A stretch of DNA of 64,000 bases from the human T2T-CHM13v2.0 reference genome, Homo sapiens: the NCBI RefSeq assembly GCF_009914755.1, contig NC_060938.1; one strand, given 5' to 3'. Both the position numbers and the translations under genes were made by a program. Position 1 is the first letter of the stretch. Each line of letters opens with the position of its first letter. Below, piece by piece: positions 1 to 14,313 of this stretch. A model generated the notes under the pieces. The model was not told the DNA's origin. It searched no databases and saw nothing but the letters and a program-made list of their open reading frames with translations.

Positions 1-3000
1 TGTAGCAATTGTGAATGGAAGTTCACTCATGATTTGGCCCTCTGTCTGTTATTGCTGTATAGGAATGCTTGTGATTTTTGCACATTGATTTTGTATCTTG
101 AGACTTTGCTGAAGTTGCCTATCAGCTTAAGGAGATTTTGGGCTGAGACAGTGGGGTTTTCTAAATATACAGTCATGTCATCTGGAAACAGAGACAATTT
201 GACTTCCTCTCTTCCTATTTAAATACCCTTTATTTCTTTCTCTTGGCTGATTGCCCTGTCTAGAACTTCCAATACTGTGTTGAGTAGGAGTGGTGAGAGA
301 GGGCATCCTTGTCTTGTGCCGGTTTTCAAAGGGAATGCTTCCAGTTTTTGCTCATTCAGTATGATATTAGCTGTGGGTTTGTCATAAATAGCTCTTATTA
401 TTTTGAGATAGGTTCCATCAGTACCTAGTTTATGGAGAGTTTTTAGCATGAAGGGCTGTTGAATTTTATTGAAGGCCTTTTCTGCATCTATTGAGATAAT
501 CATGTGGTTTTTGTCATTGGTTCTGTTTATGTGATGGATTACGTTTATTGATTTGCATATGTTGAACCAGCCTTGCATCCCAGGGATGAAGCCAACTTGA
601 TTATGGTGGATAAGCTTTTTGATGTGCTGCTGGATTCTGTCTGCCAGTATCTTATTGAGGATTTTCTCATTGATGTTCATCATGTATATTGGCCTGAAAT
701 TTTCTGTTTTTGTTGTGTCTCTGCCAGGTTTTGGTATCAAGATGATGCTGGTCTCATAAAATGATTAGGGAGGAGTCCCTCTTTTTCTGTTGTTTGGAAT
801 AGTTTCAGAAGGAATGGTACCAGCTCTTCTTCGTACCTCTGGTAGAATTCAGCTGTCAGTCCGTCTGATCCCGGGCTTTTTTTGGTTGGTAGGCTATTAA
901 TTACTGCCTCAATTTCAGAACTTGTTATTGATCTATTCAGGGATTCGACTTCTTCTTGGTTTATACTTGGGAGGGTGTGTGTGTCCAGAAATCTATCCAT
1001 TTCTTCTAGACCTAGTTTATTTGCGTAGAGGTGTTTATAGTATTCTCTGATGGTAGTTTGTATTTCTGTGGGATCAGTGGTGATATCCCCTTTATCATTT
1101 TTACTGTGTCTATTTGATTCTTCTCTCTTTTCTTCTTTATTAATCTAACTAGCAGTCTATTTGTTGATCTTTTCAAAAAACCAGCTCCTGGATTCATTTT
1201 TTGAAGGGTTTTGTTGTATCTCTATCTCCTTCAGTTCTGCTCTGATCTTAGTTATTTCTTGTCTTCTGCTACCTTTTGAATTTGTTTGCTCTTGCTTTTC
1301 TAGTTCTTTTAATTGCGATGTTAGGGTGTTGATTTTAGATCTTTCCCACTTTTTTTCTGTGGGCATTTAGTGCTATAAATTTCTCTCTAAACACTGTTTT
1401 AGCTGTGTCTCAGAGATTCTGGTATGTTGTGTCTTTGTTCTCATTGGTTTCAAAGCACTTATTTATTTCTGCCTTGATTTCATTATTTACCCAATAGTCA
1501 TTCAGGGGCAGGTTTTTCAGTTTCCGTGTTGTTGTGCGGTTTTGAGTGATTTTCTTAATCCTGAGTTCTAATTTGATTGCACTGTGGTCTGAGAGACCGT
1601 TTGTTTTGATATCTGTTCTCTTGCATTTGCTGAGGAGTGTTTTACTTCCAATTATGTGGTCAGTTTTAGAATAAGTGCAATGTGGTGCTGAGAAGAATGT
1701 ATATTCTGTTGATTTGGGGTGGAGAGTTCTGTAGACATCTATTAGGTCTGCTTGGTCCAGAGCGGAGTTCAAGTCCTGAATATCCTTGTTAATTTTCTAT
1801 CTCGCTGATCTAATATTGACAGTGGGGTGTTAAAATCTCCCACTATGATTGTGTGGGAGTCTGAGTCTGTTTGTAGGTCTCTAAGGACTTGCTTCATGAA
1901 TCTGGGTGCTCCTGTATTGGGTGTATATATATTTAGGATAGTTGGCTCTTCTCGCTACATTGATCCCTTTACCGTAGCTTTTCTTTGTCTTTTTTGATCT
2001 TTGTTGGTTTAAAGTCTGTTTTATCAGAGACTAGGATTGCAACCCCTGCTTTTTTTTTGCTTTCCATTCACTTGGTAAATATTCCTCCATCCCTTTATTT
2101 TGAGCCTATGTGTGTCTTTGCACATGAGATGGATCTCCTGAATACAGCACACCGATGAGTCTTGGCTCTATCCAGTTTGCCAGTGTGTGTCTTTTAATTG
2201 GGGCATTTAGCCTGCTTACATTTAAGGTTAATATTGTTATATGTGAATTTGATCCTATCATTATGATGTTAGCTGGTTATTTTGCCCATTAGTTGATGCA
2301 GTTTCTTCATAGTGTCAGTGGTCTTTACAATTTGGTAAATTTATAGTACCAGTGGCTGGTACTGGTTTTTCCTTTCCATATTTAGTGCTTCCTTCAGGAG
2401 CTCTTGTAAGGGAGGCATGGTGGTGACAAAAATCTCTCAGCATTTGCTTGTCTGTAAAGGATTTTATTACTCCTTAGCTTATGAAGCTTAGTTTGGCTGG
2501 ATATGCAATTCTGGGTTGAAAATTCTTTTCTTTAAGAATGTTGAATACTGGCCCTCACTCTCTTCTGGCTTGTGCGGTTTCTGCAGAGAGATCTGCTGTT
2601 AGTCTGATGGGCTTCCCTTTGTGGGTAATCCGACCTTTCTCTCTGGCTGCCCTTAACATTTTTTCCTTCATTTCAACCTTGGTGAATCTGACGATTATGT
2701 GTCTTGGGGTTGCTCTTCTTAAGGAGTACCTTTGTGGTGTTCTCTGTATTTCCTGAATCTGAATGTTGGCCTGTCTTGCTAGGCTGGGGAAGTTCTAGGT
2801 AATAATCCTGAAGAATGTTTCCAAGTTGATTCCATTCTCTGCATCACTTTCAGGTACACCAATCAAATGTAGGTTTGGTCTTTTCACATAGTCCCATATT
2901 TCTTGGAGGCTTTGTTCGTTCCTTTTCATTCTTTTTTCTCTCATCTTGTCTTCATGCTTTATTTCATTAAGTTGATCTTCAATCTCTGATATCCTTTCTC

Positions 3001-4680
3001 CTGCTTGATCGATTTGGCTATTGATACTTTTGTATGCTTCACAAAGTTCTCATGCTGTTTTTCAGCTCCATCAGGTCATTTATGTTCTTCTCTAAACTGG
3101 TTATTCTAGTTAGCAATTCCTCTGACCTTTTTTCAAGGTTCTTAGCTTCCTTGCATTGGGTTAGAACATGCTCCGTTAGCTTGGAGGAGTTTGTTATTAC
3201 CCATGTTCTGAAGCCTACTTCTGTCAATTTGTCAAACTCATTCTCCATCCAGTTTTGTTCCCTTGCTGGCGAGGAGTTGTGATCCTTTGGAGGAGAAAAG
3301 GCATTCTGGTTTTTGGAATTTTCGGCCTTTTTGCACTGGTTTTTCCTCATCTTCGTGGATTTATCTACCTTTGGTCTTTGATGCTGGTGACCTTCAGATG
3401 GGGTTTCTGTGTGGACATCCTTTTGGTTGATGATGATGCTATTCCTTTCTGTTTGTTAGTTTTCCTTCTAACAGGCCCCTCTGCTGCAGGTCTGCTGGAA
3501 TTTGCTGGAGGTCCACTTCAGACCTTGTTTGCCTGGGTATCACCAGTGGAGGCTGCAGAACAGCAAAGATTGCTGCCTGTTCCTTTCTCTGGAAGCTTCG
3601 TCCCAGAGGGGCACCCGGCAGGTGCCAGTCAGAGCTCTCCTGTATGAGGTGTCTGTCGACCCCTGCCCGGGAGGCGTCTCCCAGTCAGGATGCACAGGGG
3701 TCAGGGACCCACTTGAGGAGGCAGTCTGTCCCTTAGCAGAGCTCAAGTGCTGTGCTGGGAGATCCGCTGCTCTCTTCAGAGCCAGCAGGCAGCAACATTT
3801 AAGTCTGCTGAAGCTGTGCCCACAGCCACCCCTTCCCCCAGGTGCTCTGTCCCAGGGAGATGGGAGTTTTATCTATAAGCCGCTGACTGGGGCTGCTGCC
3901 TTTCAGAGATGCCCTGCCCAGAGAGGAGGAATCCAGAGAGGCAGTCTGGCTACAGTGGCTTTGCTGAGCTGTGGTGGGCTCTGCCTGGTTCAAACTTCCT
4001 GGCAGCTTTGCTTACACTGTGAGGGGAAAACCGCCTACTGAAGCCTCAGTAATGGCAGATGCCCCTTCCCCCACCAAGCTTGAGCATCCCAGGTCAACTT
4101 CAGACTGCTGTGCTGGCAGCAAGAATTTCAAGCCAGTAGATCTTAGCTTGCTGGGCTCCGTAGGGGTGGGATCCACTGAGCTAGACCACTTGGCTCCCTG
4201 GCTTCAGCCCCCTTTCCAGGGGAGTGAACAGTTCTGTCTCGCTGGCATTCCAGGCGCCACTGGGGTATGAAAACTCTGGCAGTTAGCTCGGTGTCTGCCC
4301 AAATGGCTGCCCAGTTTTGTGCTTGAAACCCAGGGCCCTGGTGGTATAGGCACGCGAGGGAATCTCTTGGTCTGTGGGTTGTGAAGACCGTGGGAAAAGC
4401 ATAGTATCTGGGCCAGAATGCACTGTTCCTCACGGCACGGTCCATCACAGCTTCCCTTGGCTAGGGGAGCAAGTTCCCCGACCTCTTGTGCTTCCCAAGT
4501 GAGGCAACGCCCCACCCTGCTTCGGCTTGCCCTCTGTGGGCTGCACCTACTGTCTAACCAGTCCCAATGCGATGAGCCGGGTACTTCAGTTGGAAATGCA
4601 GAAATCACCTGCTTTCTGCCTTGATGTTGCTGGGAGCTGTAGACCGGAGCTGTTCATGTTCGGCCATCTTGCCAGCCACC
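1..4680 (-). mobile_element. L1PA7/8-like LINE-1: 5'UTR, ORF1 and N-terminal part of ORF2, disrupted; runs off the window start; antisense to host gene
   Basis: The minus strand begins GGTGGCTGGCAAGATGGCCGAA. ORF1 start MRKNQCKKAENSKNQ is at 3350, ORF2 start (MIGSNSHITILTLNV) at ~2261. Endonuclease fragment at 1410-1772; RT motifs IDAEKAF and [12 protein letters not shown] at 219-740. Frameshifts and stops are present. Confidence 0.92.
4052..4270 (+). CDS. L1 ORF0-like antisense ORF (72 aa), open; translation unproven
   Basis: MADAPSPTKLEHPRSTSDCCAGS...SVGVG resembles L1HS ORF0 (MAGAPPPASLPPCSLISDCCAS...SVGVG). The ATG has G at -3 and +4. Confidence 0.5.
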   Translation: MADAPSPTKLEHPRSTSDCCAGSKNFKPVDLSLLGSVGVGSTELDHLAPWLQPPFQGSEQFCLAGIPGATGV

Positions 4681-6350
4681 TGTTTCTTGTTCTTGAAGTT
4701 CATTGAGATTCTTCAATCTGTAAGTACATAATTTTTTTCAGATTTGGAAACTTTTCATGATTTAAAAAAATCTATTAAAGACATGCTTTATTAATACAAA
4801 CACAAACTATAAAGGACTAAGAAATATAAATATCTGTGTCATAAGCAAACATTCAGGATCGACAGAATGATCAAAGGAGACTGCATCAAATTGGATTCCT
4901 ATGGTGGAGGGGGGACCCCAGCTGTAACAGCTTTTCCAGTTCTCTCTCCCATCCAGAACCATGAGAGGCACGCCATTCGAGGGGAGGTATGCAATCTGAT
5001 GCTCCTCAGACAGGTCAAAATTCTCAAAGTCTATAGGATTAAAAAGTCTATAGGATTAAAAGGGGAGCATTTTTCTACTTTTGGATAGGTGTCATCGAGG
5101 CAGGAATAAAGGTGGTTTTAGCTTTAACAGTCTTCTCAGTCATAAGGCCCAGACCCCAGCTTCAGCCCATCCTTAGGAGCCACACAGGTGCCTGGTTCTC
5201 TGTTTTCCTTATCAATAAGGATCAGAGTAGTTATTCTGGATTACTCCAAGACTCTCCTTCCACCATTATTAAAAATAGTTTTTTCTGTTTTCCTCTACGC
5301 CTTTTGCAGGAACTCCAATTATATTTGTATTAGGCTGCTTGATTGTCCTACAGCTCCCTGACGCCCTGTTCATTTATTTTCAGTCTTTTTTCTCTCTGTA
5401 TTTCATTTTGCATAGTTTCTCTTGCTAAGTTTTTGAGATCATTTATCTTTTCTTCTGAATTAATATACCAGTAATCCCATTCAGTATATTTTTTATCTCA
5501 GACATTGCTTCATTTTGTGTCTCTAGAAGTTTGATTTGGGTCTTTTCTACAAATCTTCCATGTCTCATTCAACATGCTCAGTCATTCCTCTGCCTTCTTG
5601 AGCTTATGGAATATAGTTAAAATAGTTGTTTTAATATCCTTGTGGGTTAAGCCTAACATCAATGTCAGTTGTGGGTCAGTTTTGATTGAGTGGTTAATTG
5701 ATTGTTATTATGGGTCCTATTTTCCTGCTACTTGCATGCCTGTCAATTTTTTATTAGATGCCAGTCTTTATGAATTTTACTCTGAAGGGTGCTGGATATT
5801 TCTGTATTCCTGTAAATAATTCTTGAACTTTGTTTTGTGACACAGTTAAATTCTTTGGGGACAGTTTGATCCTTTCAGGGCTTGCTTTGGAGGGACCAGA
5901 GCAGCTGTTAGTCTGGGGCTAATTCTTCCCCATGACCAAGACAATGCCATCCTGAGTGTTCTAGCCAGTCCCAAGGTTTTTCGCTGTTCCTTTGTATTCC
6001 ATTCGGATGATTCTTTTCTCAGCCTAGGGTCCTCTTTGCGTGTGTGCTGTTGCCGTAGATCTCCGAGTTCCCTCGCCTCCCTCTCTCAGTAGCTCTCTCT
6101 AGCACTCTGCCCTGTGAGCTCCAGCTGGCTCAGAGGCCTCTGTCTCAATTTGTGCTCCCCTTTCTTGTGCTGTGGTCTGGAAACTCTCTAGGTAATAAGC
6201 TCAGTCAGTTGTAGGGCTACCTCATTTGTTTCCTGTCTCTCAGGGACCGGTGTCCAGTGTCTAAAAACTGTTGTGTCATGTATTCTGCCCAGTCTTTGGC
6301 TGTTTCAGCTAGGGGGGTAAATATGGTCTCTATTGAATCATCTTGGCTGA
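4681..6350 (-). mobile_element. Old degraded L1M-type fragment(s), 5'/ORF1 region
   Basis: T-rich antisense L1M-like ORF1 sequence (e.g. tctagaagtttgatttgggtctttt). Boundaries are approximate. Confidence 0.55.
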
Positions 6351-6894
6351 GGTAAATCTGAATTAAAAAAAAAAATTTCTCATCACAGAAACAATACATT
6401 TTTAGTCTAGAAAGTTGACAGGGGAAGGGAGGTAGAGAAAAAGAAAAAAAGAATGAAGATCACCCGTCATTTTATCACCCGTTGTAACTACCTTTAGTAT
6501 TTTTTCTTTATACAACTTCAAGTCTACACCCACTCTCTTTTATTTTTCTTTTGTATTTCTTTAAACTAGTGCTCTCATACTCTTTATTTACTGTTTTGTA
6601 ACCTGGACCCAAATTTTTTTTCAAAATGCCTACTTGATGAAACTAGAGTACGTGCTGTAAGAGGTAATATGTCTTTAGAAACAATCTAATTGGCAAGCAA
6701 CTAGGATATCTCTAACACAGTCGCCATTAACTAAATTATCAAGTTAATGATAATTAACCTATCAATAGTAAGTTAATATCTTAGACTGTTCCCCTATTGT
6801 ATTTATAAGTTAATGGTTTATAAAGCCAAAAATAAATACCATTGGCAAAGTTAGAATAATTAAGCTAATTATTAGCCTGTATCATTGATTCTTC

Positions 6895-7056
6895 ACCTTT
6901 AGCATGTATTAGAATCACCTGGAGAGTGATTGCTTGACCCCACCTCCAGAATTTGATTTCAGAGATCTGGAGTGGCCAGAGATTTGCATTTCTAACAAGT
7001 TTCCAGGTGATGTTGATACTGCTGGTCTTAGGACTATACTTTGAGAAGCACTGCCC
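6895..7056. mobile_element. MER5-type hAT-Charlie MITE
   Basis: agaatcacctgg...atttgcatttctaacaagtttccaggtgatg...ctttgagaagcactg. Confidence 0.75.
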
Positions 7057-7679
7057 TGGATTATTTTTTGGTAACTGAGATGCTACCAAGATTTTCTTTA
7101 GTATTATATAAGGTAATCAGTGATTATTATTTGGGCTTTCTTAGAGGGAGAAACAGAGGAGACTTAGCAGCTTCTTTCAATTGTAAGGCATGTAATTGTT
7201 AAAAAATAAAAAGGTTGAGGGGAAACAATATTTTATGAATATCAACTTGATTTTCACTATGTTTATAGTCACTAATAGGCTAACTCACCTGCCACTGATA
7301 GCCTGCTTGTCAAGTTATGGTCAAAAATAAGTAGTTAATAAAAAAAAAAGAAAGAAGTAGCTAATAGATAGAAATATTGTATTTTCAAGAGAGGGTAATA
7401 TCAGTAATCTCAGTAAGTACTTTAAAATCTTTAGCTAAAATCCTAATATTTTATAATAGAGTCAGTTTTTTTTGTTTTATTTTGTTCCGTTATTATGAAA
7501 TTTTAGATTTTATTTAAGGATTCCAAAGAAACTCCCCATACACATTCATGCTTCATTTCATACAGTTTTATTAAGTTTATTTTGAGGAGATAGAAATTAT
7601 GTACTCTTTGAATTCTTTATCATTTCGCTATATTATTTCGATTTATGATTTGTTAAATACTTACATACCTTTCTGATAA

Positions 7680-7805
<126 letters not shown>

Positions 7806-8384
7806 TAAAGAAGGCATTTCTGTTCTGAGGAAGAGAGCATGGGAAGCTGTATAGCCTAAATCTAAAATGATTTTTCATGGACGCATGTATTCTATGCTAA
7901 TTTATTGTAAAGTCTTTTTAGGTTTTATATTTCTATACATCATCTTCTTGAACATAGGTGAGCTGTCTTAACTGGTTAACAGAACTGGTTTTTAAAATTC
8001 ACACGTGTGGGTAGCCACTGATAATGAGAATATAATGAATTTAAGACATTTTAAAATACAACCACCCCATGAATTTTGATTGGCCTCCTCCTGTTTACAT
8101 CTATTTTTCTAATAAATTCATTTTCCATATTTCCTTGCAGTCTTTGTCCAGGGTATTTATACTTCTAATATAGTAATATATTAGATTCGGGGATTCTAAA
8201 TCTAAACTGAATTTCCTAACATATACATCCAAATGAATCAGAATTAAGAAATACCACATATTTTAAATTTTTTTCTGTGATAACTACATGTTTTCCGTTA
8301 AGCTTTTCTTAGTTTATTTTAACTTATAGGCTCTTTGCCTGTTGTTTATTTTCATGGACTCACTATTACAGTGGTTTATAAATA

Positions 8385-8513
8385 AGGGTCCCAGGTCGGA
8401 CAGGCCCTGTCTCTTGTGATTCTGGTTCAGGGTTCTGACATTAGTTCCTGGAATCTGTATTTTCAAAACACTCCCAGGTGATTCTGATGCACACGCAGAT
8501 GTAAGAATCAGTG
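8385..8513. mobile_element. MER5-type MITE fragment
   Basis: ggaatctgtattttcaaaacactcccaggtgattctgatgca. Confidence 0.6.
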
Positions 8514-8542
8514 TCATGGAAGACCTTTGTCAAAACATGTGA

Positions 8543-8725
<183 letters not shown>

Positions 8726-8780
8726 TGAGATTTTTCTAATTCATTACTGGTGTTTACTGATCCTTCTTCACATGATTTCA

Positions 8781-9154
8781 ATATTAGTCCATTCTCACGC
8801 TGCTGTAAGGAATACCCGAGACTGGGTAATTTATAAAGGAAAGAGGTTTAATTGACTCACAGTTCCACAGGGGTGGGGAGGCCTCAGGAAACTTACAGTC
8901 ATGGCGGAAGGGGAGGCAAACACATCCTTCTTCATATGGTGGCAACAAGGAGAAGTGCCAAGCAAAAGGGGGAGAACCCCTTATAAAGCCATCAGATCTC
9001 ATGAGAACTCACTCGCTATCATGAGAACAGCAGCATGGGGGTAACTGCTCTCATGATTCAATTACCTCCCACCAGTTCCCTTCCAGGACACGTGGGGATT
9101 ATGGGAACTATAATTCAAGATGAGATTTGGGTGAGGACACAACCACACCATATG
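8781..9154 (-). mobile_element. THE1 (THE1C/D-like) MaLR solo LTR
   Basis: tattagtccattctcacgctgct...aattcaagatgagatttgggtgaggacacaaccacaccatat. Confidence 0.85.
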
Positions 9155-10689
9155 AGCTTCCAAGTTATGTTTCTTAGGAACCTTTTGAGAAATATTCTGA
9201 TCTGAATAAAAGAAAAATGTGACTTCATGACAAGATATATTAAATCTTTAAAACCTGAACCTATGTTTCTAATAGTAAATTTGAATATTAACATTAGAGA
9301 GTGACTGATACAGGCATGAAATGTGAAGAAAAAGAAAAATTATTTACAAGCTGTAAGTAAAGGTCCATGGCCCCCATAATACTTATTTTGACTTCATATT
9401 ATTGCAATTCCTGCCTATTCCCTGTATGAATATTAGCCAACTCTAAATATAGTGTGGTAACACTTCAGGAATGTTACAAGTGCTGCTGTTACTGAATGAT
9501 GAATTTCATTCCATGTGTTACATAGAATAATAGGTGGTTAGGACAGACTTAGGCTTAGCTAAATATCTTAGTAGGGTAATAACATTAAAGTGAGGCCCCA
9601 CAATGCATTTCTAAAGCCCTAGATGATTGCAAGAATATATTGTGAAATTAAGTACTGGCACTTGTTCCTCCATTCCACTGGACAGTAGTTATCAGATCTG
9701 ATGATAGAGACCCTGTGATAAGACTCATTAAAGTGTATCTGCAGTGCTCAAATCTAATTGAATCTTTTGCCCCCAAATAAAAGGTGACTTACTCTTCAAG
9801 TCATTATAGTATAATCTAAAGTGTGGGAATTAAGTTAAAAACCTCACATTCTTTAGGAACATGACTAATAAAGGACACATTATTTGAAAATCTCTGTGAA
9901 AAATGGAATACTATTTGAGGATGTTGCCCTGGGGAAATATTAATTTGGGATCAAATAGAATTGTCCATCTTCAGACTAGTTTTAGAGTTTTGAGACAAAA
10001 TTCAGTGCATTTCAAAAAAAGGTAATTCTTCAGATTAAAATGTTTTTAAAACTTAGACATTTCTGGAAAGGTACCAACTATGTATCTGCTTTATAAGAAA
10101 TATTCTCTTTCATATAGCATAATTTTCTAATAGCTTCTGACAAACTTCTTCAATTAATTCTAAATGTTATCACAGATATTTTATCTCAGCTTGTCCGAGA
10201 TGAAACTGAGCACAGAATTAAAGCCTCTGATGCCTTGGGTGCCTGCCCCTAGTCTCTCCTTACAGGACTCTCTTGCCTGTTGCTGCCAGGTCTCTTTCCT
10301 TAAATATTCCTTTGGCTGTGGCATTATTGCCGATATCAGTGATTCTTTACTTTATATTCTGGCCCAACACACTTGGATATAGCACACTCCCATCATTAGC
10401 CTGGACTGACAACATTTATAAACAGGGAGGTGAGAATGTAGAATTGGAACCAAGAAGCCATGGAGGGCTGAGGGGAGGAGAGGAAGTGGAGAATGTAATG
10501 CAACCTGGAGAAGTTCCTTAATTCTGATATACCTTCTAGGAGGGTGGAGATTGACCTATAAAGTCACAAACAACAGCCATATATTGATCGTCACTTTGAG
10601 CAAGACATTAGGTTGTCTATGAGGATCTCTCAGGCAGGAAAATCTAGGTGTGTAAATCAGTACTCACCATTGCCAAAGTTCATGTGCTC

Positions 10690-13600
10690 ATGAAAATCCA
10701 TAAAAGTGGACAATAGGCTTATATACTAAAAGAAAGGATATATGCATCTACCTTACAACCCAACAATTCTACTTCTAGATGTTTATACAACAGAATTAAA
10801 GTACAATTGATTCTTGAACAACACAGGTTTGAACTGCATAGCTACATTTATACACAGATTTTCTCAGTAAATGTATTGGAAACTTTTTTGGAAATTTGCA
10901 ACAATTTGAAAAAGATGAACTAGAAAGCCTAGAAATACCAATAAAATAAGACAAACTTAGGTATGTCATGAATGCATAAAATATACATAGATACTAGTTT
11001 ATTTTATTATTTGCTACCATAAAACACACAGAAATCTATTATAAAAAGTTAAAATTTATCAAAACTTACAAAAACACAGACTATACATGGCAACATCTGC
11101 AGTTGAAAGAAATGTAAACAAACAAAGATGCAGTATTAAATCATAACTACATAAAGTCAACTGTGGTACATATTAATATTATATACTACAGTAATTTCGT
11201 AGTCACCTTCTGTTGCTATTGCAGTGAGCTCAAATGTTGGGAGTATGCTTAAAACGCCGTGTGGCACTAATCATCTCTGTGTGAGCAGTTCGCCTTTCCA
11301 GTAAATTGTGTATTTCAATAAAAAGTGATCTGTTGCAGTTCTTGTGTATTTCTCATTGTGTTTAGTGCAGTACCATAAACCTTAAATAACACCATGGGAC
11401 CCATACAAAGTGCCACTAGTGATGCTGAAAGGGCCCCACGAAACAGAGAAAAGTCATGACATTAAAAGGAAAGGTTGAGTTGCTTGATATGTGCCGTAGA
11501 TTGAGGTTTGCAACTGTGGTTGCCCACCATTCCGAGATAAGTGAATCCATCTTAAGGACAAGTGTGGAAAAAAAGAAAATTCGTGAAGCTTCCACTGTTA
11601 CTACACCAGCAGGTGGAAAACCTTGCGCATTTTACAAAATACCTTTTCATCTCATGTTGAAAATAATAGCTTTTATGTTGGATGCAGGATTGCTGTAAGA
11701 AAGGCATACCTATGAACACTAATGTTATTCAAGAAAAAGCGACATCATTATATGGCAGCTTAAAGCATAAGGAAGGTGAAGGACCTAAAGCTGGAGAATT
11801 TAATGCCAGCAAAGGATGGCTTGATAATTTTAGAAAGAGCTTTGGCTTTAAAAATGTCAAGATAACAGGAGAAGCAGCTTCTGCCAACCAAAAGGCAGCA
11901 GACAAGTTCCCAGATGCCATTAAGAAAATCATTGAGGAAAAAGGTTATCTGCCTGAACAGATCTTTAATGCAGGTGAAAGTGCTCTATTCTGCAGCGGGG
12001 GTTGGGGGTGGGGAAGCCACAAAGGACATTTTTTTAGTAAGGAAGAGCACCAAGCACCAAAATTTAAGGCAGGGATGGGTAAGCTAAGTTTACTGTTTTG
12101 TGCAAATGCAGAGAGGGGTTTATGATCGGGACTGTCTTTACCTATAAAGCCGCTGACCCCTAAGCCTTGAGGGGAAAAGATAAACACCAACTGCTATTTT
12201 GATTGTACAACAAGAAGGCCTAGACAAAGAGAACTCTTCCTGGTTTGGTTCCACCAATGCTTTGTCCCTGAAGTCAGGAAGTACCTTGCCAGTAAAGGAC
12301 CTTCTTTTAAAGTTCTTTTGATATTGGACAATGCCTGTGGCCACCCAGAACCTCATGAGTTCAACACTGAAGGCATGGAGGTGGTCTGCTTGCCTCCAGA
12401 TAACATCTCTAATTCAGCCTCCAGATCAGGGTACGATAAAGACCTTTAAGACTCATTATACATGGTACTCAATGGAAAGGATTGTCAGTGCTATGGAAGA
12501 GAACCCTGATAGAACATCATGAAAGTCTAGAAAGATTACACCATTGAAGATGCCCTTGTTGTTACAGAAAAAGCCATGAAAGCCATCAAATACAAAATAA
12601 TAAATTTCTGCTGGAGAAAACTCCAGATGTTGCACATGACTTCACAGGATTTATGACAGAGCTAATCAAGGAAATCATGAGATTGTGGATATGGCAAAAA
12701 AAAAAAAAGGGTGATGAAGGATTACAAGGTGTGGCTCTTGGACAAATTCAAGAGGTATTAAGCACCACACTAGAAGTATTAACAGAAGATAACTTGATGG
12801 AGATGAGTGCTTCCAAACCAGCGCCACATGATGAGGAAGACAAGGAAGCAGTGCCAGAAAACAAGTTGACTTTACACAGTCTGGCAGAGTGATTGGGATT
12901 ATTCAAGACTGATTTTGACTTCTTTTACAGTATGGACCCTTCTGTGATATGGGCACTAAAACTAAAGCATAAGGTAGAAGAAGAATTGGTACTATATGGA
13001 AACATTCTTAAAGAAATGAAAAAGGAAAAATGTCAGAAAAGTACAATGTTTTTTGGTAAAGTTAAACCAAGTGTGCCTGCTTCTCTTCCCTCTCCTTCCA
13101 CCTCCTCCACCTCTGAGACTGCAAGACCAACCCCTCCTCTTCCTCCTTCTCAGCCTGTTCCAAATGTGAGATGACAAAGATGAAGACCTTTATGATGATC
13201 CACTTCTACTTAATGAACAGTAAATATATTTTCTCTTCCTTATGATTTTCTTAATATTTTCTTTTCTCTAGCTTACATTATTATAAGAATACAGTATATA
13301 ATATGTATAAAATACAAAATATGTGTTAATTGACTATGTTATTAGTAAGGCTTCTAGTCAACAGTAAGGTATTTGTATTTAACATTTTTGGGGGAGTCAA
13401 AGGTTATTCATGGATTTTAGAGTGCATAGGGATAGGCACCCCAACCCCTGCATTATTCCAGGGTCAACTCTATATGTCTACATAAAGACTTAAACACAAA
13501 TGTTTACAGTGTTTTTATTGATAATAACCTCCAACTGGAAACTACTCAAATGTCCGTTAGCAGACAGGCATACAAATTATGGTATATCCACACAACAGAA

Positions 13601-13830
13601 TATTACTCAGCAATAAAAAGAAACTGATAACAAACAGTAGATCAGTGGTTACTTGAAGTTTAGAGAGTAAATGCCAGAGGCAGGAAGGAACTTTTTGAGG
13701 TGATGGAAATGCTCTATATCTAGATTGCAGTAGTGGTTACCTGGGTATGCACATTTGTCAAGATGCATCTAACTGTACACTTAAAATGGGTGCATTTTGT
13801 TGTAAATCATATTTCAAACTTGACTTTTAA
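10690..13830 (+). mobile_element. Old L1M 3'-end fragment split by the Tigger2 insertion
   Basis: L1M-like sequence (caattctacttctagatgtttatac...) resumes after the transposon (...aaactactcaaatgtcc...ctgtacacttaaaatgg). Confidence 0.6.
10804..13470 (+). mobile_element. Near full-length Tigger2 (pogo/Tc1-mariner) DNA transposon with a decayed transposase
   Basis: TIR-like ends caattgattcttgaacaa and ttattccagggtcaactc, with TA on both sides. CENP-B/pogo-type ORF fragments at 11456-13174 (e.g. FNASKGWLDNFRK, LIQPPDQG). Confidence 0.88.
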
Positions 13831-14020
13831 GAAGATTCTGTTTCCAGAGAGCTGAAAATATAAAATTTCTATTAACCTTTGCCTTTCAGACATAGTCTTT
13901 GATGATGTACTTTTAGTACTTCATAGGTGTTTTTGAACTTTTTTCTTTATAGTTCTTTCCCCACCCCCTCCAACCTTATGGATTACATGTGCTTACTTTT
14001 TGGTAATTAAAACTGTTACG

Positions 14021-14313
14021 TTGGACGTGATGCCTCACGCCTGTAATCCCAGCACCGTTGGGAGGCCAAGGTGGGAGGATCTCTAGAGTCCAGGAGTTTG
14101 AGACCTGCCTGGTCAACATAGTAGGACTGCATCTCTGCGAAAAAGAAACAGAAATATTAGCCAGGCAAGGTATCGCATGCCTTTAGTCCCAGCTACTTGG
14201 GAAGCTGAGACGGGGGATCATTTGAGTCCAAGAGTTTGAGGTTACAGTGAGCTATGATTGCATCACTGCACTCCAGCCTGAGCGACAGACCAAGACCTTG
14301 TCTCTAAAAAAAA
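14021..14313 (+). mobile_element. AluJ
   Basis: Dimeric Alu with J-type right arm; aaactgtta repeated on both flanks. Confidence 0.85.

Noticed and set aside
3255-4624. Several overlapping 100-180 aa ORFs
   Set aside because: They lie in the GC-rich L1 5'UTR and are chance ORFs; only the ORF0 homologue was kept.
11456-13174. Transposase ORFs as a domesticated TIGD-like gene
   Set aside because: Split across frames by stops and frameshifts.
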